DNA of 64,000 nucleotides from Minisyncoccota bacterium (GTDB lineage Bacteria; Patescibacteriota; Minisyncoccia; Phycocordibacterales; JBAZVT01): NCBI GenBank assembly GCA_041660745.1, contig JBAZVT010000003.1, positions 1,880 to 65,879 of the forward strand, read 5' to 3'. Shown piece by piece: positions 59,901 to 64,000 of this stretch (position 1 is its first letter; each line of letters starts with the position of its first letter). The notes under the pieces were generated by a model. It saw only the letters and a program-made list of their open reading frames with translations, ran no database searches and was not told where the DNA came from. The position numbers and the translations under genes were made by a program.

Positions 59901-60485
59901 ATGTCACTTCTTGAATATAATGAAGTCGTAGAACGAAAATATATCATATTGGACGGACAACCATACGAAGTTCTCACTTCACATGTTTTTCGTAAACAAC
60001 AGAGAAAGCCTGTTAATGCAGCAAAACTCAAGAACCTTATCACAGGTAAAGTCACGGAACATTCATTCCACGTATCCGAGAAAACTGAAGAAGCAGAAAT
60101 TGAAACACGAGAGGTAAAGTATCTGTATACAAGCAAGGGTGAATACTGGTTCTGTGAAGCTGAAGACCCTGCAAAACGTTTCCAGCTCTCTGCAGAAATT
60201 GTCGGGACAGCAATACAATTTATAAGAACAAATACAGTGATGGACTCGTATGTTTTTGATGACAAAATCATGGGCGTCCGCCTCCCTATCAAAGCCGACC
60301 TCAAAGTTGTAGATGCTCCTCCTGCAGTCAAAGGCGACACCGCAAAGGGTGGCAACAAGCAACTCAAACTTGAAACAGGTGCTGTTATCAACGGCCCCCT
60401 CTTCATTGAAGAAGGAGAGACCATCCGTGTTAATACAGAAACTGGAGAATACGTGGAGCGAGTAAACGAAGGAAAGAAGTTCTAA
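59901..60485 (+). CDS. efp: Elongation factor P
   Basis: MSLLEYNEV...YEVLTSHVFRKQQRKPVNAAKLKNLITGKV (KOW-like domain I), then OB domains II/III with LETGAVINGPLFIEEGETIRVNTETGEYVERV. Confidence 0.85.
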   Translation: MSLLEYNEVVERKYIILDGQPYEVLTSHVFRKQQRKPVNAAKLKNLITGKVTEHSFHVSEKTEEAEIETREVKYLYTSKGEYWFCEAEDPAKRFQLSAEIVGTAIQFIRTNTVMDSYVFDDKIMGVRLPIKADLKVVDAPPAVKGDTAKGGNKQLKLETGAVINGPLFIEEGETIRVNTETGEYVERVNEGKKF

Positions 60486-60572
60486 GACAAGGCACTAGCT
60501 ATTAGCCTCTAGAATCTAGCCATAAAAAATATCAAGGTTCGACCTTGATATTTTTTGTATCCAACACCAAAT

Positions 60573-60606
60573 ACAAAAGCCGCGCCCAGAGGGCGCGGCT
60601 TTTGTT
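60573..60606. terminator. Bidirectional terminator between efp and rpsR
   Basis: aaaAGCCGCGCCCagaGGGCGCGGCTtttgttttt. Confidence 0.65.
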
Positions 60607-60623
60607 TTTCTTATGTAACTAAT

Positions 60624-60827
60624 TTAATTAGCTACGAATGGGAGAAGGCCCATGAAACGAGCACGCTTTACAGCTTCTGAAAGCTTGCGCTGATTCTTGG
60701 AGCTAACACCACTGCGCTTGTGTGATGTGATACGGCCATGAGGATTGAGGAACTTTTTGAGGACCTCTATATCCTTATAGTCTATATGCTTTATGTTGTT
60801 TTGCGCAAAATAGCACTGTTTTTTCAT
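60624..60827 (-). CDS. rpsR: 30S ribosomal protein S18
   Basis: IDYKDIEVLKKFLNPHGRITSHKRSGVSSKNQRKLSEAVKRARFMGLLPF. Confidence 0.9.
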   Translation of the reverse strand: MKKQCYFAQNNIKHIDYKDIEVLKKFLNPHGRITSHKRSGVSSKNQRKLSEAVKRARFMGLLPFVAN

Positions 60828-60875
60828 GTCTGATTTTTTAAGAGCGAAGCGATATAAAAGATGCCAAACTTTTGT

Positions 60876-61005
60876 TGCCTTCCTCGGCTCGGAAATGAGA
60901 AAATTTTTCTCATTTCTCTCACCCTACGTCGGCAAGAAAAATCGGCACCCTGTTAAATCCGCTTCGCGGTATCTGCTTTCCAAGCAGATATTTAACAGGG
61001 TTAAG
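60876..61005. repeat. Composite insertion of family 2 and family 3 palindromic repeats between rpsR and ssb
   Basis: GCCTTCCTCGGCTCGGAAATGAGAAA...CTACGTCGGCA, then CACCCTGTTAAATCC...GATATTTAACAGGGTTAAG. Confidence 0.6.
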
Positions 61006-61054
61006 ATTTTGTAACCGCACAATGTCGCTTTCGCTTCATTCTACGGACAAAATC

Positions 61055-61507
61055 TTAAAATGGAATGTCTTCAGGGTTAATCTCTTCTTCTGGATATTCT
61101 ATCGCTGGAGCATCTGCCGTCGGAGCCGGTGCGCCTTTCGTATCCTTTTCAGGATATGCGGCACCTGGTGTTCCTCCCTCTTTACGAGGACCAAACTGAA
61201 TTCGGTCTGCAATAACTTCTGTGCGATATTTTTTCTCTCCATCTTTACCATCCCAACTGCGTGTCTGCATTCTTCCCTCCACGAGGATAGAAGAGCCTTT
61301 TTTCATGTATTGAGCTGTTGTTGCAGCTTGATTTCCAAACACTACCACGTTGTGATAATCTGTCGCATCCTGGCGAACACCGCTCTTGTCCTTCCACGTT
61401 CTATTAGTTGCAACTGAGAAGGTGCATACTTTTATACCAGAAGGTAAAGATTTCAATTCTGGATCACGAACCAAATTACCTATGATAATTGCTTTGTTGA
61501 GATACAT
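61055..61507 (-). CDS. ssb: Single-stranded DNA-binding protein
   Basis: OB fold (IIGNLVRDPELK...GVRQDATDYHNVVVFGNQA), Gly/Pro-rich linker, C-terminal acidic tip EEEINPEDIPF. Confidence 0.9.
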   Translation of the reverse strand: MYLNKAIIIGNLVRDPELKSLPSGIKVCTFSVATNRTWKDKSGVRQDATDYHNVVVFGNQAATTAQYMKKGSSILVEGRMQTRSWDGKDGEKKYRTEVIADRIQFGPRKEGGTPGAAYPEKDTKGAPAPTADAPAIEYPEEEINPEDIPF

Positions 61508-61592
61508 CCTGAGAATTAGTTAATTGATAATCTATCCTCATTATACTCCAAATGGAGTCTTTTTGCTTTGAGTTACAGTATCTCTTCTTACG

Positions 61593-61688
61593 GTCATTGC
61601 GAGTGCGTCCGAAGCAATCCAGTTTTTCTTGAATCTTGAATCAAATTCCTGGATTGCCACGTCGGAAGACCTCCTCGCAAAGACAGAG
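61593..61688. repeat. Family 1 palindromic repeat between ssb and rpsF
   Basis: GTCATTGCGAGTGCGTCCGAAGCAATCCAG ... CTGGATTGCCACGTCGGAAGACCTCCTCGCAAAGACAG. Confidence 0.6.
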
Positions 61689-61713
61689 GAGAAATATTTG
61701 TAATTAAAGGTAC

Positions 61714-62220
61714 CTATTTAATTTCAGTAACAAGACTATCGATTTGCTTGTCAATTTCAGCCTCGTTAACAGGAAGAGCTTCTGCTGTCTCTATCTTCTT
61801 GTCTGCTGCAATTTCTGCAGACTTTTCTCTGATTTTCAGCATGTTGCTGATAAGAGTATTTTCTCTGACGGTTTTGATGATGAGGTAACGTAGAACCATT
61901 GGACTTGCACCCAACGCTTCCTTAACGTTCTTAATCATTGCTGGGTCAAGATCAAACTTAATCCAACCAAAATACGCCTTGTTATACTTGTCATGACGAG
62001 CTTCTGCAATCTTCGTCATTTCATACGCGAGAGGGATAAGCTTAGGAAAATCGTCGGAGATAAACATACCGCCATTCTTCTCAATCATGTCTTTGATTGT
62101 GGCGAATTCTCCGGCAAGCTTTTCCTCTGGAAGAGACGGTATCAAGTGAAAACCGATTTCATACACTTGAGTTCGCTCTGCTTGCCCTACTTGCGCAGTA
62201 ACTGTCTTTTTTATAGCCAT
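61714..62220 (-). CDS. rpsF: 30S ribosomal protein S6 with C-terminal extension
   Basis: MAIKK...TQVYEIGFHLIPSL...NGGMF...LAYEMTKIAEARHDKYNKAYFGWIKFD...LRYLIIKT aligns with the S6 fold. Gene order rpsF-ssb-rpsR conserved. Confidence 0.7.
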   Translation of the reverse strand: MAIKKTVTAQVGQAERTQVYEIGFHLIPSLPEEKLAGEFATIKDMIEKNGGMFISDDFPKLIPLAYEMTKIAEARHDKYNKAYFGWIKFDLDPAMIKNVKEALGASPMVLRYLIIKTVRENTLISNMLKIREKSAEIAADKKIETAEALPVNEAEIDKQIDSLVTEIK

Positions 62221-62327
62221 TGTACTGCGTTTTAAACTTAATAATGAAGAGATATCGAAATCTCCCAAACCTCCGCTTGAGCAGTGATTCAGGAGGTACA
62301 TTAACACAAAAGCGGTTAGAAGTAAAT

Positions 62328-62678
62328 CTAACCCTGGATATAAAATAGAAGGAAAGGAATCGCCAAAGGTAATATCAGGAACCAAAAAAAGACACAGTAC
62401 ATCCGTCGTTTTTCCAACTTTTTATCCGCAGTTAAATTGTATTTTCGAATATTATAGAAATAAAATTCCAAGCCAACATGTTCTGCAAAATTAACCAGTG
62501 CAATTGGTATACCAAATATCAAAAGCGCAAACGCGCCGAGACTCTCATTAAAACTAGTTGACGGAGCTGGAAAAGAGGCTCGAAATTTAAATAAAATAAA
62601 TAACAAGGCTATTCCACTAAGAAATAAACTGATTGTTATTACATTTTTTTGTAGTTTTAATTTTTTATCTATATCCAT
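62328..62678 (-). CDS. Hypothetical small membrane protein (3 TM)
   Basis: Hydrophobic helices ITISLFLSGIALLFILF, GAFALLIFGIPIALVNF, MYCVFFWFLILPLAIPFLLF. Confidence 0.45.
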   Translation of the reverse strand: MDIDKKLKLQKNVITISLFLSGIALLFILFKFRASFPAPSTSFNESLGAFALLIFGIPIALVNFAEHVGLEFYFYNIRKYNLTADKKLEKRRMYCVFFWFLILPLAIPFLLFYIQG

Positions 62679-62685
62679 GTAAAAA

Positions 62686-63498
62686 TTATATCATGTTTAT
62701 AATAAACACTCTTTTCACATTCTTTAATAACTGCACCCTGACAGTTTCTACATCCCCTCCTCTAATTTCTGCCATGGTTTTTACAACTTCGGACACAAAT
62801 GTCGGTTCGTTACGCTTGCCGCGATACGGTACAGGTGCAACGTAGGGCGAGTCTGTTTCAGCCATAATCATGCCTGATGGTGCAAATCGAATCACTTCGT
62901 CATATTGGCGAGCAAATGTAATTACACCAGTAAAGGAAAGTGTAAAACCAATCTCAATAGCATCTTTTGCTATACCCATATCCCCAGCAAAGAAATGAAA
63001 ATTTGCCCGTACCGGAGCTTTTTCCCGTGCAGTCTTTAACATTTCCAAAACATCTCTATACGCATCCATACTCCCCTTAGTGGGTCGAGCATGAATCATA
63101 AGAGGAAGATTGTGCTTCTGAGCAAAAGCAATATGCTGGGCAAAAAGTTCTTTCTGTCTGTTTTTTTCTACCTCGATGTCACCAGTGAGATTAAAATATT
63201 CTAAGCCACACTCCCCCACAGCAACCACTTTCTCTGATTCTGCAAGCTTTTCAAAAACTGCTTCGTCAAAAATCGCACCAGCATCATCTGCAGGATGAAC
63301 ACCAATTGATGCGTAAATATTTTCATTCTCTTCTGCAAGAGCGACCGCTTTTTTTGAATCTTCGACATCAGTTCCAATTGTAATAGTCCCCACCCCAACA
63401 TCTCTCATACGTGCCAAAACAGCATCCCTATCTGAATCAAATTCAGATCCGTGGAGATGTGAGTGGATGTCGAAGTATTTAATAGACTCGGGAGTCAT
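62686..63498 (-). CDS. tatD: TatD-family metal-dependent hydrolase (DNase)
   Basis: FDIHSHLH (metal-binding His pair), GECGLEY, and following conserved His/Asp positions. Confidence 0.85.
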   Translation of the reverse strand: MTPESIKYFDIHSHLHGSEFDSDRDAVLARMRDVGVGTITIGTDVEDSKKAVALAEENENIYASIGVHPADDAGAIFDEAVFEKLAESEKVVAVGECGLEYFNLTGDIEVEKNRQKELFAQHIAFAQKHNLPLMIHARPTKGSMDAYRDVLEMLKTAREKAPVRANFHFFAGDMGIAKDAIEIGFTLSFTGVITFARQYDEVIRFAPSGMIMAETDSPYVAPVPYRGKRNEPTFVSEVVKTMAEIRGGDVETVRVQLLKNVKRVFIINMI

Positions 63499-63515
63499 AA
63501 TTTTAAATTTGGAAA

Positions 63516-63563
63516 CTACAGAGGCTAAGCCTTGGCGTCGAACGCCAAGGCTTAGCCTCTGTA
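63516..63563. repeat. Family 4 palindromic repeat between metG and tatD
   Basis: ACAGAGGCTAAGCCTTggcgtcgaacgccAAGGCTTAGCCTCTGT. Confidence 0.6.
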
Positions 63564-63572
63564 GTAAAATTC

Positions 63573-64000
63573 CTAATCTTTTCTCATAAAGAGAGGCTTT
63601 GCTGGCATTTCTCGATTCAAAATTGCATGTTGAATTTTTCCTGCTGTTTCAGGAAGGATTGGTACAAGCAAGAGTGAGATAAGATAAAGATTTTCTAGCA
63701 CAAACTCAACGTCTTTAATTGCTGCAGCGGGATCACTCTTATGTTTCTTAAAAGGCTCGTTTTTCTGTATATAACCATCCGTATCTTTTATGAGGCTCCA
63801 CACAGCATCGCAAGCTATGGTCGTATTATATGCATCTAACGCATTTTTGTACGTTCGCACCACATCTATCGTAGCCTTAGTCACAGAGTCCTCTATGGCC
63901 TCTTTGCGGGCTTCTGCAAGCATCGCGCCATACGTAACAGCCATCTTTAATGATCGATTAACAAGATTTCCTAGACCATTTGCAAGGTTTGCATTGTATA
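63573..64000 (-). CDS. metG: Methionyl-tRNA synthetase, C-terminal (anticodon-binding) part; gene continues past window end
   Basis: NALDAYNTTIACDAVWSLIKDTDGYIQKNEPFK...LYLISLLLVPILPETAGKI matches the MetRS anticodon-binding helical domain. No stop/start within window on the 3' side. Confidence 0.6.
   Translation of the reverse strand, partial: YNANLANGLGNLVNRSLKMAVTYGAMLAEARKEAIEDSVTKATIDVVRTYKNALDAYNTTIACDAVWSLIKDTDGYIQKNEPFKKHKSDPAAAIKDVEFVLENLYLISLLLVPILPETAGKIQHAILNREMPAKPLFMRKD

Noticed and set aside
43118-61688. Recurrent palindromic repeats; considered a CRISPR array
   Set aside because: Copies are kilobases apart, not separated by regular 25-40 bp spacers, and differ in internal sequence. 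No cas genes are present. They behave as dispersed REP/MITE-like elements.

Overview
This is a 64 kb chromosomal segment of moderate AT-richness (about 40% GC by eye). It is likely from a small-genome bacterium of the Candidate Phyla Radiation (Patescibacteria) type; this is my inference from a 23S rRNA intron, an unlinked 23S-5S operon with no 16S, many small secreted or membrane proteins, and short overlapping genes. Housekeeping genes recognised:
- Glycolysis: eno, gpmI.
- RNA modification: truB, tlyA.
- Ribosome and replication: rplJ-rplL, rpsF-ssb-rpsR, efp, recA, ftsK, tatD.
- Partial genes at the window ends: typA (5') and metG (3').

Envelope and regulatory content:
- ECF sigma / anti-sigma pair followed by MacA-MacB efflux genes.
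- OmpR-type response regulator and a cytoplasmic PAS histidine kinase.
- ArsR-glutaredoxin-thioredoxin-like-ArsP-like redox/arsenical cluster.
- Surface-polysaccharide cluster: two tandem epimerases, sugar phosphotransferase, GT4 and GT28 glycosyltransferases, FtsW/RodA, VanY-type carboxypeptidase, vWA protein.

Accessory and unusual content:
1. A 23S-5S rRNA operon on the minus strand with no 16S and no tRNAs. Its 23S carries an ORF-less group I intron of about 374 nt at the classical L2593 site.
2. A 3.8 kb gene for a giant secreted protein combining a zinc-dependent phospholipase C domain, a lamin-tail domain, a parallel beta-helix and an acidic tail.
3. Three tandem genes for secreted paralogous repeat proteins with a ~40-aa TGDA...N..N.NTNI repeat.
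4. An IS481 element with 14-bp inverted repeats beside a GC-rich purine-gene island (standalone PurH IMP-cyclohydrolase domain and a PurD-like ATP-grasp protein).
5. An IS200/IS605-type HUH transposase flanked by inverted REP hairpins (a REPtron).
6. At least four families of short palindromic intergenic repeats, about 18 copies in total.
7. A 1.1 kb non-coding, repeat-dense region next to a winged-helix protein gene.
8. Three GC-rich (~52-55%) islands against the ~40% background.

I found no CRISPR array, no tRNA and no recognisable defence operon. The most novel-looking items are the PLC-LTD-beta-helix giant secreted protein, the secreted repeat-protein trio, and the repeat/REP-rich non-coding region.
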